DNA of 64,000 bases from Chloroflexota bacterium (GTDB lineage Bacteria; Chloroflexota; Limnocylindria; Limnocylindrales; CSP1-4): contig JAJXUG010000009.1 in the NCBI GenBank assembly GCA_021783095.1, forward strand, positions 28,025-92,024, given 5' to 3'. The notes beneath the pieces were generated by a model. That model searched no databases, had not been told where the DNA came from, and saw nothing but the letters and a program-made list of their open reading frames with translations. How positions within the stretch are numbered: the first letter of the stretch is position 1; every line of letters starts with the position of its first letter. The position numbers and the translations under genes are program-made. Positions 18,552 to 27,888 of the stretch are shown piece by piece.

Positions 18552-19244
18552 TTATCCCACCGATCGGCCAAGGCGAAGCGGCAGGGCCATGACGGCCCCG
18601 GCGACGAAACCCGCGATGTGCGCGTACACGGCGACTCCGCCGGTGAGGTCCGTCGAGCCCAGCGCGGCGACGCCGTCGACCACCTGGAGCAGGAACCAGT
18701 ACCCCAGCAGGATCGCCGCCGGGACCGCGACCAACTGGTAGAAGAACCCCAGGAACACGAGCGACTGGATCCGCGCCCGCGGGTAGAGGACCAGGTACGC
18801 GCCGAGCACCGCGGAGATCGCCCCGGAGGCACCGATCATGGGCAGCTCCGACGCCGGGCTCTCGAGGGTCTGCCCGGCCGCCGCGGCGACGCCGCCGATG
18901 AGGTAGAGGGCGAGGAACGCGACGGGGCCGAATCGGTCCTCCACGCGGCCGCCGAAGATCCACAGGAACAGCATGTTGCCCAGGATGTGGGCCCAGCCTC
19001 CGTGGAGGAACATGCTGGTGAACACGGCGAGCATGGGCTGGGAGAGCAGGTGGCCCGCCTTGGCCTCGCCGACCACCGCCCTGGGGACCAGGCCCCAGTT
19101 CTTGGCGAGGTCCTCCAGCGCGCCGTCACCGCCGGCGGTCACCAGCCACAGCTCCCAGGCGAACACCAGGGAGCATGCGGCGACCAGCGCCAGCGTGACG
19201 ATTGCCTGGCGACGCCGCGGGTTGGCGTCGCGGAGGGGGATCAC
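18552..19244 (-). CDS. Rhomboid-family intramembrane serine protease
   Basis: ORF 18552..19244. HGGWAHILGNMLFLW and GASGAISAVLG catalytic motifs. GTG start. Confidence 0.85.
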   Translation of the reverse strand: MIPLRDANPRRRQAIVTLALVAACSLVFAWELWLVTAGGDGALEDLAKNWGLVPRAVVGEAKAGHLLSQPMLAVFTSMFLHGGWAHILGNMLFLWIFGGRVEDRFGPVAFLALYLIGGVAAAAGQTLESPASELPMIGASGAISAVLGAYLVLYPRARIQSLVFLGFFYQLVAVPAAILLGYWFLLQVVDGVAALGSTDLTGGVAVYAHIAGFVAGAVMALPLRLGRSVG

Positions 19245-19259
19245 GGTCCGGTTCGGCGA

Positions 19260-21596
19260 TCAGGACGGCTTCGGTGACGGACGCGGCGTCTTGGTCGGCC
19301 TCGTCGTCTTGGTCGGCCTCGTCGACTGCGAGGGCGAGGGCGAGGGCGAGGCGGAGGGCGAGGCGGAGGGTGCCGGCTGCGCCTCGGTCAGCGGCGCCGT
19401 GTACAGGCTGTTGCTCGATACCCACCACATCGTGGGCGGCACGTCTGGCCCGGGCGCGGGAAGGACGTCGAACCCCTGGAAGTCCGTCCAGGCCACGCCG
19501 CCCGCGGCCGCCACGTACTGCGCCACGTACTTGCCGCCGTTCTTGGCGAAGGCGACCACGCGGTCGTTCGTGGCGTCCCAGGCGTAGAGGGTGCCCGTGC
19601 CCTTGGAGTAGGAGCCGTCGGGCAGGTTCGGCGACACCACCTGGGTGTAGTTCGCGCTGGGCCGGAGGTCGGTGTCGGGCAGGCTCGCGGGCTTCCAGCC
19701 GCTGGTCGGGATCAGGCGCTCGAGCACCCCGTTCTCGGTGGCGTAGATGTCGCCGTCGATCAGCAGCGACGTGATTCCGCTGACGTCCCTCGCTGCTGGC
19801 AGGCGCGCGACCGGGTCCGTCGTGTAGCCGGAGCCGTCGCTGTTCGGCGCCAGCTTCATGATGTTCTGCTGGGACGGCTCGACGATGTACAGCAGGTAGA
19901 AGGACTGCGAGAAGTTGGACACGAAGGTGCTGATCACCTTGACGTCCGTGCCCCAGGTCGTCGAGCCCGGGATGTTGACCTTGACGAGCGTGCCCTTGCC
20001 GGCCGTGCCGATGGGCCGCCAGCGCCAGAGGATGTTGCGCGCGTCCAGGATCAGGATGTCGTGGCCGCCCACGGTCAGGAACTTCGGGTCGCCGAGCTTG
20101 CCCGACGGCGTCGACTGGCCGGACTTGTAGACAGCCGTGGCGGCCTTCTTGGCGAGGTCGATCCGCCACACCGTCCCGGTCCCCGTGTCGAGCACGTAGG
20201 GGGCCCCGTCGTTGCCGCGAACCACCGTCGTGAGGTGGACGGCACCGGCGCTGGCGGGGAACGTGAACGACGCCGTGGAGGCGACGTGGACCACGTCATA
20301 GAGGGTGTCGAGCCCGGCGTTGATCTCGGCGCGGAGGGGCGCGGTGAGGCTGGCCGGGTAGCCGGCCTGCTCGGCCTTGGCGAGCTCGTCGTTCGCCGTC
20401 TGGAGCAGCTGGAGCGCCTGGGTCGGGTCGTTCTGAATGAGGTCCTGCCCGGAGCCGTTGAGCTTGCCGAGGGCCTGGGTGGCGGCGTCGAAGGCCTGTT
20501 GCGCGGCCGCGGCCGACGGGATCGTCTGCCCCGGCTTGGGCTTGGCGGCGTCGCCCCAGAAGTACATCGCGGCGATGAGCACGGCGGTCACGCCGACGAT
20601 CGCCAGGAACGCGACAGCAGCCCGCTGCTGGGTCCTGAGCCTCGCGGACGTGGCGCTGACCCGGCGGGACTGGGGCGTGCGCATCGGGAGGACGTCCTGG
20701 ATCCGCCACACGAGCCGCTGGAACCCGTTGCCGGCGGCGGTTCGCGCCCGCGCCGCCCCGTCGCCCACGGCCGCCGCGCCAGCGGCCACCGAGTCTGCGA
20801 TCGGGATCGGCCCCCTGTCCGGCGTCCCCGCGAGCGGCTCGGCAGGGTGCACCGGGACGAGCGTCTTCTGCTTGAACGTCGCGCCCACCTCGGTGGCCTC
20901 GAAGGCGATGGCGCCGTCACTGCCCCGCCCGTCAGCCGCCACGAACCGGGCGTGGACGTGCTCGACGGCCGACTGGGGGTGGAGCGTGACCAGCGCGTCC
21001 TTGAGCGTGTCGGTCCCGACGCGGGCCATGAGGTTGGCGGAGATGAGGCACAGGGCGTCGCCCACCGCGAGCTCCCCGCGCCAGACCTCGGGGATCAGCT
21101 CCGTGGCGGGCAGCCCGCGCTCGGCGTTGGGGTCGGGGAGCGTGGACAGGCGCGCCTGGCGGATGAGGTAGGCCTCGGCCGGCCCGACCGTGGCGACGTA
21201 CATCTCCCGGCCGCGGACCACGGCCACCGCCACGCCGATGGGCCCGGTGCCGTCCGCCGAGCTGCCGAGGCCGAGCCGGTCGCGCTGGTGGGTGAGCTTC
21301 TTGTTGGCCGAGGCCAGGACCTTGACCAGGCACTGGCGGATGCCGGCCGACTCGTCGTAGTAGTACTCGTCGCGGACCGCCTCGGCGACCAGGCGGGTGG
21401 CCTCGCGCGCCTTCGCGCCCGGCACCCGCGATGTGACCAGCAGGTACAGGTTGCCCTTGGTCCGAGCCACGGACCCGACGGACGGCTCGACGACCACGGC
21501 GGTGTCCGGCGAGTCCTGCAGCCGGTCCTGGTCCGTGACGGCGCCGAGCTTCAGTTGGAGACGGACGGCCAAGTGGCGAGCCTCACTGGTGATCAC
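19260..21596 (-). CDS. Membrane protein with degenerate PP2C-like N-terminal domain, one TM, beta-propeller-like ectodomain and Pro/Ser/Thr-rich tail
   Basis: ORF 19260..21596. PP2C-like layout (VATVGPAEAYLIRQ, AVGDALCLISANL) but the usual metal-binding Asp motifs are not evident. C-terminal SPSASPSPSPSQSTRPTKTTRPTKT. Confidence 0.5.
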   Translation of the reverse strand: MITSEARHLAVRLQLKLGAVTDQDRLQDSPDTAVVVEPSVGSVARTKGNLYLLVTSRVPGAKAREATRLVAEAVRDEYYYDESAGIRQCLVKVLASANKKLTHQRDRLGLGSSADGTGPIGVAVAVVRGREMYVATVGPAEAYLIRQARLSTLPDPNAERGLPATELIPEVWRGELAVGDALCLISANLMARVGTDTLKDALVTLHPQSAVEHVHARFVAADGRGSDGAIAFEATEVGATFKQKTLVPVHPAEPLAGTPDRGPIPIADSVAAGAAAVGDGAARARTAAGNGFQRLVWRIQDVLPMRTPQSRRVSATSARLRTQQRAAVAFLAIVGVTAVLIAAMYFWGDAAKPKPGQTIPSAAAAQQAFDAATQALGKLNGSGQDLIQNDPTQALQLLQTANDELAKAEQAGYPASLTAPLRAEINAGLDTLYDVVHVASTASFTFPASAGAVHLTTVVRGNDGAPYVLDTGTGTVWRIDLAKKAATAVYKSGQSTPSGKLGDPKFLTVGGHDILILDARNILWRWRPIGTAGKGTLVKVNIPGSTTWGTDVKVISTFVSNFSQSFYLLYIVEPSQQNIMKLAPNSDGSGYTTDPVARLPAARDVSGITSLLIDGDIYATENGVLERLIPTSGWKPASLPDTDLRPSANYTQVVSPNLPDGSYSKGTGTLYAWDATNDRVVAFAKNGGKYVAQYVAAAGGVAWTDFQGFDVLPAPGPDVPPTMWWVSSNSLYTAPLTEAQPAPSASPSASPSPSPSQSTRPTKTTRPTKTPRPSPKPS
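19288..19370. repeat. Coding microsatellite-like tract (18-bp unit x2, GAGGGC x3, GAGGCGGAGGGC x2)
   Basis: GTCTTGGTCGGCCTCGTC at 19288-19305 is repeated at 19306-19323, followed by GAGGGC-type repeats at 19330-19370. The tract encodes the PT/SP-rich C-terminal tail of the 778-aa protein. Confidence 0.85.
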
Positions 21597-21677
21597 GGAC
21601 CACGGTATGAGCAGCGACGCGCGTCGGGGAGGCAGGGTGACGCGGAAGGCCCCCCGAACCCGCGGAATGGTGCCGGA

Positions 21678-22046
21678 TTATACGCGCCGCGGGCCCGATC
21701 CCCGTCCTCCTGACGACCCGCCGGTGAGACGCAGGAACCTCGCCGCCGTTCCGCCGGGGGCCGCGGCGAACGCGGCGAGCAGTTCCATGGCGCGCATCCG
21801 GAGCTCGGCGGCGACGATGGGCTCGTCTGCCTCGACCACCACGGTGTCGGGCTCGAGGGCCACGAGCCGGCACGCCCCGACGGCCGGGGGGACGCGCTCC
21901 GCGACCAGCGCGTCCCAGGTGGCGATGGCTCGGGCGAGGCGAAGCTCGTCCTCCAGGCCGAACCGTCGGGCGGTCGCTGGGAGCAGATCCCCGATCCGGT
22001 CGGGGCGCCTGCGGCGGGCGCGGGCGTCGCCGTCGTCGCTGCTCAT
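21678..22046 (-). CDS. DUF721 (DciA-like) protein
   Basis: ORF 21678..22154. Conserved position directly after recF. Start at M37 (MSSDDGDARARRRRPDRIGDLL) preferred; ATG at 22154 is possible. Confidence 0.65.
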   Translation of the reverse strand: MSSDDGDARARRRRPDRIGDLLPATARRFGLEDELRLARAIATWDALVAERVPPAVGACRLVALEPDTVVVEADEPIVAAELRMRAMELLAAFAAAPGGTAARFLRLTGGSSGGRGSGPRRV

Positions 22047-22188
22047 CGGGCTCGCCCAGACGCCGTCCGCCACGACGCGCTCGGGGTGAGTCGGCGCGCC
22101 CGCCGACTCGGAGCCGCCCTGTGGGGCCCAGATGGCGCCCACGGCCGCGGCCACGCCGTCGCCATGGCGCGGACGGCCCGTTCCTGAC

Positions 22189-23340
22189 TCATCCCCCGCG
22201 CTCCAGCACCGCGGCCCCGTCAGGGCCCGTCCTGACCGCCCAGGCGGTCCCGATCGACCGCAGCGCGGGGTCGATGTCCTCGAGCGTGGTTGTCGTCACG
22301 AACGCCTGTGGCAGGGCGGCGATCCGGCGGACCAGGTGCGCCCGGCGGTCGGGGTCGAGTTCGCTGAACACGTCGTCGAGGAGGAGCAGCGGCGGCTGAC
22401 CGTCCTGCGCCGTCAGCAGGTCGAGCTCGGCCAGCTTGAACGCGAGGATTGCCGTGCGCTGCTGGCCCCGCGACGCGAAGGAGGCGAGCGGCCGGCCGCC
22501 CATCTCGAACACGAGGTCGTCGCGGTGCGGACCGATCAGCGTCGTGCCGTTCCAGACCTCCTTGTCGGCCGTCTCGGCCAGGCGGCGGGCGAGCGCGTCC
22601 CGCACGGTCTCCCCGGGCTCCTGCGGTGCATTGGTCGCGTAGGTGACCTCCAAACGGCCGGTGTCCGCCTCGTCCGGCGCGATCTCCGCGTGGGCCGCCG
22701 CGAGCGGCTCGGCCAAGGCGAGGAGCAGCCGGTGGCGCTCGGCCCGGACAGCGGCGCCCGCCTCGAGCAGCTGCCCGTCCCAGAACTTGAGCTCGGCTCG
22801 CGTCGCCTGCTCCTCGCGAATGAGGCGCAGCAGCCCGTTGCGCTGCTGGAGCGCCCGGCCGTAGGTCGCCAAGTCGCGCTCGTAGGCCGGCGAGCGCTGT
22901 CCGGCCAACGCGTCGAGGGCCTCGCGCCGGAGCGATGGCGGGCCCGACACCAGCAGCATGTCCTCGGGCGCGAACATGACCGTCCGAAGCGTCCCGGCGA
23001 GGGCCGCCGCCCGACGGGCCACACCGTTGACGCGGATTCGCTTCCGGGCGCCTCCGGAAGCGGTCCGCACCAGCGCCACCTCGATCGCGTCGCGCTGCTC
23101 GGGCGAGGCGTCCGGAGGGCCCACCCGGGCCTCGACGCGCGCCAGCTCCTGGCCCCACCGGACAAGCTCCCCCTCGGCCCCCGTCCGGTGCGAGCGGCCC
23201 CAGGCGAGCAGGACGATCGCCTCGAGGAGGCTCGTCTTGCCGGCCGCGTTGGGCCCGTGGACCAACTGCGGCCCGGACTCGAACAGGGCGTCGAGGACCG
23301 CGTACCCGCGCAGGTCGCGGATCGAGATCCCGCGCAGGAT
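22189..23340 (-). CDS. recF: DNA replication/repair protein RecF
   Basis: ORF 22189..23265 starts inside the Walker A region (GPNAAGKT). The conserved RecF N-terminus ILRGISIRDLRGYAVLDALFESGPQ continues in frame upstream with no ATG/GTG/TTG. Start therefore assigned to ATC 23338-23340 (or CTG 23335-23337). Confidence 0.85.
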   Translation of the reverse strand: MLRGISIRDLRGYAVLDALFESGPQLVHGPNAAGKTSLLEAIVLLAWGRSHRTGAEGELVRWGQELARVEARVGPPDASPEQRDAIEVALVRTASGGARKRIRVNGVARRAAALAGTLRTVMFAPEDMLLVSGPPSLRREALDALAGQRSPAYERDLATYGRALQQRNGLLRLIREEQATRAELKFWDGQLLEAGAAVRAERHRLLLALAEPLAAAHAEIAPDEADTGRLEVTYATNAPQEPGETVRDALARRLAETADKEVWNGTTLIGPHRDDLVFEMGGRPLASFASRGQQRTAILAFKLAELDLLTAQDGQPPLLLLDDVFSELDPDRRAHLVRRIAALPQAFVTTTTLEDIDPALRSIGTAWAVRTGPDGAAVLERGG

Positions 23341-23384
23341 CGGCGCCGCGAGGGGCGCCCCGTCGACGCCCGGATCCGTGTCCG

Positions 23385-24500
23385 TCAGGACGTCGTCCGC
23401 ACGGGCATCACGACGTGGACGTAGGCCGCGTCGCCCACAGGCCGGAACACGCCCGGCGAGAGGGGCCCATTGAGCTCGAGGGCGAACCGGTCGGCCGCCA
23501 CGTTGGTGAGCACGTCGTTGAGGTAGCGGGCGTTGAAGGCGATGGTCGTCTGGTCACCCTCGGTGGCTGCCTCGACGTCGCCGGTGTAGTCGCCCACCTC
23601 GGCGGCTGCGCTGACGGTGATCCCGGCGCCCTCGCCGCCCACCTGGAGCTTGACGATGTTGGCAGACGAGCTCGCGATCAACGCGGCGGGCCGGACGGCG
23701 CGAAGCAGCTCCTCGCGGTCGAACTCGGCGCTGGTGGCGTGGGTCGCGGGCAGGACCTGCTGGTAGTTGGGGAACTGGCCGTCGATGAGGCGCGACACGA
23801 TGTCGATCCCCTCGAGGTGGAACAGCACCTGATTGCGTGCCTGGGCGAGCACCAGCTCGACCGGATCGTCCGTGTCGGCGAGGACGCGCTCGAGCTCGTG
23901 GAGCGAGCGGGCCGGGATGACCACCGAGACGGCCTCGACCGGGTCGAGGACGTCGATCGTCCGCACGGCGATGCGGTAGTTGTCGGCTGCGGCGAGCGTC
24001 AGCCGGTCGCCCTCGAACTTGGCCAGGACGCCGGTCAGGATCGGCCGAGCCTCGTCGCTCGCGGCGGCGAACGTCACCTCGGCCAGCGCGCGGCGGAGGA
24101 CCTTCTGGCTGATCCGCGTCGTCGGGCGCTCGCCGGCGGTCTGGATCGTCGGGAACTCGTCCGCGTCGATGCCCTTCACGTGCGTCGCGAACCGCCCGCA
24201 CCGGATGTGCAGCGTGTCGGTCCCCTGGAGCTCGAGGTCCACCTTCTCGGACGAGGGCAGGGCGCCCACGAGGTCGGTGAGGAGCCGGGCCGGGATCGTG
24301 GTCGCGCCCTCGGTGTCGATCCGGCCGGGGATCCAGCACGTGATGCCGATCTCGAGGTTCGTGGCGGTCAGCTTCAGGCCGGCGTCCTCGGTCCGGAGCA
24401 GCACGTTGGCCAGCACCGGGAGCGTGCTCCGGCTCGAGACAGCCCGCGACACGACCGACAGGCCGCGCGCCAGGTTCTCCTGCATCACCGAGAGTTTCAC
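23385..24500 (-). CDS. dnaN: DNA polymerase III beta sliding clamp
   Basis: ORF 23385..24500. Typical DnaN N-terminus KLSVMQENLARGLSVVSRAVSSRSTLPVLANVLL. GTG start. Confidence 0.95.
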   Translation of the reverse strand: MKLSVMQENLARGLSVVSRAVSSRSTLPVLANVLLRTEDAGLKLTATNLEIGITCWIPGRIDTEGATTIPARLLTDLVGALPSSEKVDLELQGTDTLHIRCGRFATHVKGIDADEFPTIQTAGERPTTRISQKVLRRALAEVTFAAASDEARPILTGVLAKFEGDRLTLAAADNYRIAVRTIDVLDPVEAVSVVIPARSLHELERVLADTDDPVELVLAQARNQVLFHLEGIDIVSRLIDGQFPNYQQVLPATHATSAEFDREELLRAVRPAALIASSSANIVKLQVGGEGAGITVSAAAEVGDYTGDVEAATEGDQTTIAFNARYLNDVLTNVAADRFALELNGPLSPGVFRPVGDAAYVHVVMPVRTTS

Positions 24501-24943
24501 GGGTTGTCTCCGCTCTGTGTCGGGGCCGGCGGCGGGCGTCGTCTGGGGTGCACCCGGCTCCCGGTGGGCGCAAGACAGTTCGCGAGCCGCGTTGATTCTC
24601 TGGGTAGAAGTGTGCCCTATCTTCTCATTCCGTCATCACCATCATCATGCCGTGGACGGTGGGGATCGCGCCGCACCCGCGTGCGGCAGGGCGCTGTTGG
24701 CCGAGCCGCTGTTCGACGTGGACCAGCGCGGACCGCTCGGGGATTGGCGGTGGACGCGGTGGTGGACAGACGGCCGCGCACCGCCGTGACCGTCCACGAC
24801 GACCTGCAGAAGGCCCAGTTGTCCTGATTCGCGTCCCCGTCTCGTGGCGGGCCCGACCACAGCACGGGTCGGTTGTCCACCGGTTGTCGACCGCCGTTCG
24901 GCCCCGCTCGCCGGTCGAGGCGCGGCCTGGTCCGGGAGGCCCG
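24501..24943. other. Candidate chromosomal replication origin (oriC): DnaA-box cluster plus AT-rich element
   Basis: DnaA-box-like 9-mers: TTGTCCACC 24873-24881, TTGTCGACC 24884-24892, TTGTCCTGA 24819-24827, and CTGTCCACC as reverse complement at 24761-24769. Further GTCCAC cores at 24651-24659, 24717-24725, 24749-24757 and 24790-24798. A 60-nt stretch at 24590-24650 is about 47% GC against a roughly 70% background. Confidence 0.6.
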
Positions 24944-25543
24944 TCAAGTCCCGGCTGCGCCCGGCGCCGGGGGGCGGGCGTCGTCGCGCAGCAGCGCGTA
25001 GAAGACGTCGTCCTCGGGCAGCCCGTCGCGGTCGAGGTCCCAGCCGCGGCGGACACCCTCTCGGTAGAAGCCAGCCCGCAGGGCCACGCGCCCGGACGCT
25101 TCGTTGTCGGGATGCGTGAACAACTCGAGGCGTACGAGCCCAGTGACCTCGAACGACCAGTCCCCCACCAGCCGAAGCGCGCGCGTGGCCATCCCGCGGC
25201 CGCGGCCCCAGGGGGCCAGCCAGTAGCCCAGCTCCGCCCGGTGCTCGGCGCGAAGGTGCCGCGCGATCGCGCCCATGACCTCGCCGGTCATGGCGTCGGT
25301 GATGGCGAAGGAGCGCTCCGTCTCGCCGTCCCAGTCCGCGCGGCGCCGGGCGACGAACCTCCGCGCCGTGGCGGCCGTGTAGGGCTGCGGGATCGGCACG
25401 AACCGGGCGATCAACGGGTCCTGGCAGGCCGTGAACACGGCCGGCGCGTCGTCCGGCTCGAACGCCCGAAGCGCCACCACACCGTCGGTCAGGACCACGG
25501 GCGGCTCGCCCACCCCGCTCACCCCCATTCGGCCTGGCGCCAA
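24944..25543 (-). CDS. GNAT-family N-acetyltransferase (RimJ/RimL-like)
   Basis: ORF 24944..25543. GNAT core AELGYWLAPWGRGRGMATRALRLV. Start may be M6 at 25528. Confidence 0.75.
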   Translation of the reverse strand: MAPGRMGVSGVGEPPVVLTDGVVALRAFEPDDAPAVFTACQDPLIARFVPIPQPYTAATARRFVARRRADWDGETERSFAITDAMTGEVMGAIARHLRAEHRAELGYWLAPWGRGRGMATRALRLVGDWSFEVTGLVRLELFTHPDNEASGRVALRAGFYREGVRRGWDLDRDGLPEDDVFYALLRDDARPPAPGAAGT

Positions 25544-25546
25544 CGC

Positions 25547-26911
25547 CTACTCGGAGTAGATCAACTCCCGGACGGCGGCGACCTCGCGGCGCAGCTCGTC
25601 GTTGACCTGGATCTCGCGGTTGATCTTGTCGCACGCGTGGAGCACGGTGCTGTGGTCCCGGCCGCCCAGCTCGGCGCCGATCCGGAGCAGCGAGACGTCC
25701 GTCTCCTCGCGCATCAGGAACATCGCGATCTGCCGCGGCATGACGATGCTCTTCTCGCGCTTCTGGCCGCGCAGCACGTCCATGGCCACCCCGTAGTAGT
25801 CCGAGACCGCCTTGGCGATCCGCTCCGGCGTGACTTGGCGCTTCTTGGGGTTGTAGAGGACGTTCGAGAGCACGGCCTGGGCCAGCTCGATCGAGATCGG
25901 CATCGCGCCCATCGACGCGTACGCGACGATGCGGTTGAGCGCGCCCTCGAGCTCGCGCACGTTGGACACGACCTTGCGGGCGACGAACTCGATCACGTCC
26001 GACCCGATCGGCGTGCCCTGCTCCTCCGCCTTCGCGCGCAGGATGGCGATGCGGGTCTCGAGGTCCGGCACGGTCAGGTCCGCGATCAGCCCCCACTCGA
26101 AGCGGCTGCGGAGCCGCTCCTCGAGGGTGAGGATGGCCTTGGGCGGCCGATCCGAGGACAGGACGATCTGCTTGCCGTCCTCGTGGATCGCGTTGAACGT
26201 GTGGAAGAACTCCTCCTGCGTCCGCTCCTTGTCGGCGATGAACTGGATGTCGTCGATCAGGAGGAGGTCGATCCGGCGGTAGCGGGCGCGGAACTCGTCG
26301 ATCCTGCCCTGCTGGATCGAGGTGATGAACTCGTTGGTGAACTTCTCGCTGGTGGCGTAGACGACGCGCTTGCGCGGGAACTTGGTCGCGACGGCGTTGC
26401 CGATGGAGTGCATCAGGTGCGTCTTGCCCAGGCCCACGCCGCCGTAGAGGAACAGCGGGTTGTAGGCGTGGCCCGGGCGCTCGGCGACCGAGAGGGCCGC
26501 GGCGTGGGCCAGCCGGTTGGCCGACCCGACGATGAAGTTGCCGAACGTGTAGCGGGCGTTGAGGTTGGAGGCCCCAGCGGCAGCCCCATCCGGCGCGCCC
26601 ACGCGGGTGGGCTCGACGCGAACGGGCTGGGAGGCGATCGAGGCCGCCTGCTCGGCGATCGCCTCGCCCCCGCTGACCACGAAGTCGACCTGGACGCTGT
26701 AGCCCACGACCCGGGCCAGCGTCTGCGAGATCAGCGAGCGGTACCGGCCCTCGAGCCAGTCCTTGGCGAACGCATTGGGGACCGCGATTCGGAACCGCCG
26801 CTCGTCCACCTCCACGAGTTGGGTGTCACGGAGCCAGGTCTCGAAATTGGCAGGCGACAACGACACCTGCAGCTCCCCCAGGGCCGCGCGCCAGACCTGC
26901 TTCGCGTCCAT
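25547..26911 (-). CDS. dnaA: Chromosomal replication initiator DnaA
   Basis: Codons 101-554 of ORF 25547..27211, starting MDAKQVWRAALGELQ (ATG 26909-26911). AAA+ motif LFLYGGVGLGKTHL. C-terminal DnaA-box binding domain (DHSTVLHA). Confidence 0.95.
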   Translation of the reverse strand: MDAKQVWRAALGELQVSLSPANFETWLRDTQLVEVDERRFRIAVPNAFAKDWLEGRYRSLISQTLARVVGYSVQVDFVVSGGEAIAEQAASIASQPVRVEPTRVGAPDGAAAGASNLNARYTFGNFIVGSANRLAHAAALSVAERPGHAYNPLFLYGGVGLGKTHLMHSIGNAVATKFPRKRVVYATSEKFTNEFITSIQQGRIDEFRARYRRIDLLLIDDIQFIADKERTQEEFFHTFNAIHEDGKQIVLSSDRPPKAILTLEERLRSRFEWGLIADLTVPDLETRIAILRAKAEEQGTPIGSDVIEFVARKVVSNVRELEGALNRIVAYASMGAMPISIELAQAVLSNVLYNPKKRQVTPERIAKAVSDYYGVAMDVLRGQKREKSIVMPRQIAMFLMREETDVSLLRIGAELGGRDHSTVLHACDKINREIQVNDELRREVAAVRELIYSE

Positions 26912-27233
26912 CCTGCGATCGCCATCCCTGTTAGCCGATGCGTCAGTGGGTACCGCCGGATGCGGGGCCCGAGCCGGGAAGCAGCCGTCGGAGGACCGCG
27001 GCGTCCGCGCTCCCAAGTCGCCGATGAGCGTGAGGCCGGCCGGCGCGGGGCCTTGTCGGCCCCCCGTAGCGGCCTCCCGGCGGCCTGAGGCTGGGGAACA
27101 ATACACCGCCCCCCAGGGCCCTGCAAGGCGATTCCGATATACTCCAAGGGGGTATCCAGATGGTGCCCGGCACGGGCCTCCGGGCCGTTCCACAGGACGG
27201 TCTGGGGCCAACCGGAAGCCAGCCCGCGCGTGT

Positions 27234-27263
27234 TTGACACCCCCTTCCCTGGCGGCCTATCAT
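27234..27263 (+). promoter_or_regulatory. Candidate promoter for rpmH-rnpA-yidD-yidC-jag (TTGACA-18 nt-TATCAT)
   Basis: TTGACA at 27234-27239 and TATCAT at 27258-27263, about 115 nt upstream of the rpmH ATG. Confidence 0.45.
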
Positions 27264-27376
27264 CCCACCGACGAACACGCGCCGTCGCGCTTTCGGGCGC
27301 TCGGCGCGTTTGCGTGCCTCTAGGGGTCGGAGCCTCCGGGTCCCAAGGCTGATGGAGAGGATCACGGACAGTCCCG

Positions 27377-27514
27377 ATGGGCAAGCCGACGTTTCAGCCC
27401 AAGAAGCGCCATCGCGCAAAGGAGCACGGGTTCCGCGCCCGCATGAAGACGGCGGGCGGCCGGCGCGTCCTCGCGCAGCGGCGGGCGAGGGGCCGGAAGC
27501 TGCTCTCGGCCTGA
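27377..27514 (+). CDS. rpmH: 50S ribosomal protein L34
   Basis: Not in the ORF track because it is under 60 aa. Manual translation gives [45 protein letters not shown], ending TGA 27512-27514. Canonical position upstream of rnpA. Confidence 0.95.
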   Translation: MGKPTFQPKKRHRAKEHGFRARMKTAGGRRVLAQRRARGRKLLSA

Positions 27515-27552
27515 TCGCCGACGGGCGCAGTCACAACTCGCTGCGGCTCGTC

Positions 27553-27888
27553 ATGCTCTCTCGCCCGGGCGATTTCGCCAGGCTGGCGGAGAGGGGCGTT
27601 GCCAAGACGCACCCACTGCTCGTCGGGCGCTTCGCGCGGACGGACCTTGACCAGACCAGGTTCGGATTCGCCACCGGCAAGCGGCTTGGGGGAGCCGTCG
27701 TCCGGAACCGGGTCCGACGCCGAATCCGAGAGGAGCTCAGGGCGATGGCGCCCACGTTCCAGCCGGGCTGGGACGTCCTCATCATCGCCAGGCCGGCGCT
27801 CGTCCAAGCCGACCAGACCGCGCTGGTCGGGGCGTTGCGCCGGGTCCTCCGTTCGGGAGGCGTGCTCGGAGGTCAGTCTGATTCGTGA
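27553..27888 (+). CDS. rnpA: Ribonuclease P protein component
   Basis: In frame with ORF 27310..27888. First canonical start after rpmH is ATG 27553 ([15 protein letters not shown]...). RnpA-like [10 protein letters not shown] motif. The true start could be a few codons upstream. Confidence 0.8.
   Translation: MLSRPGDFARLAERGVAKTHPLLVGRFARTDLDQTRFGFATGKRLGGAVVRNRVRRRIREELRAMAPTFQPGWDVLIIARPALVQADQTALVGALRRVLRSGGVLGGQSDS

Noticed and set aside
19288-19370. Possible CRISPR-like or intergenic tandem repeat
   Set aside because: The repeats are contiguous with no spacers, lie inside a coding frame, and translate to a PT/SP-rich tail. This is not a CRISPR array.
24647-27088. 813-aa plus-strand ORF over the oriC region, GNAT gene and dnaA
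   Set aside because: It is antisense to dnaA and the GNAT gene, both unambiguous. It has no recognisable domains.
26912-27376. rpmH-dnaA spacer as the primary oriC
   Set aside because: It has only two weak DnaA-box-like sites and no AT-rich element. The dnaN-proximal spacer has far more boxes plus a low-GC stretch. This spacer more likely holds the dnaA and rpmH promoters.
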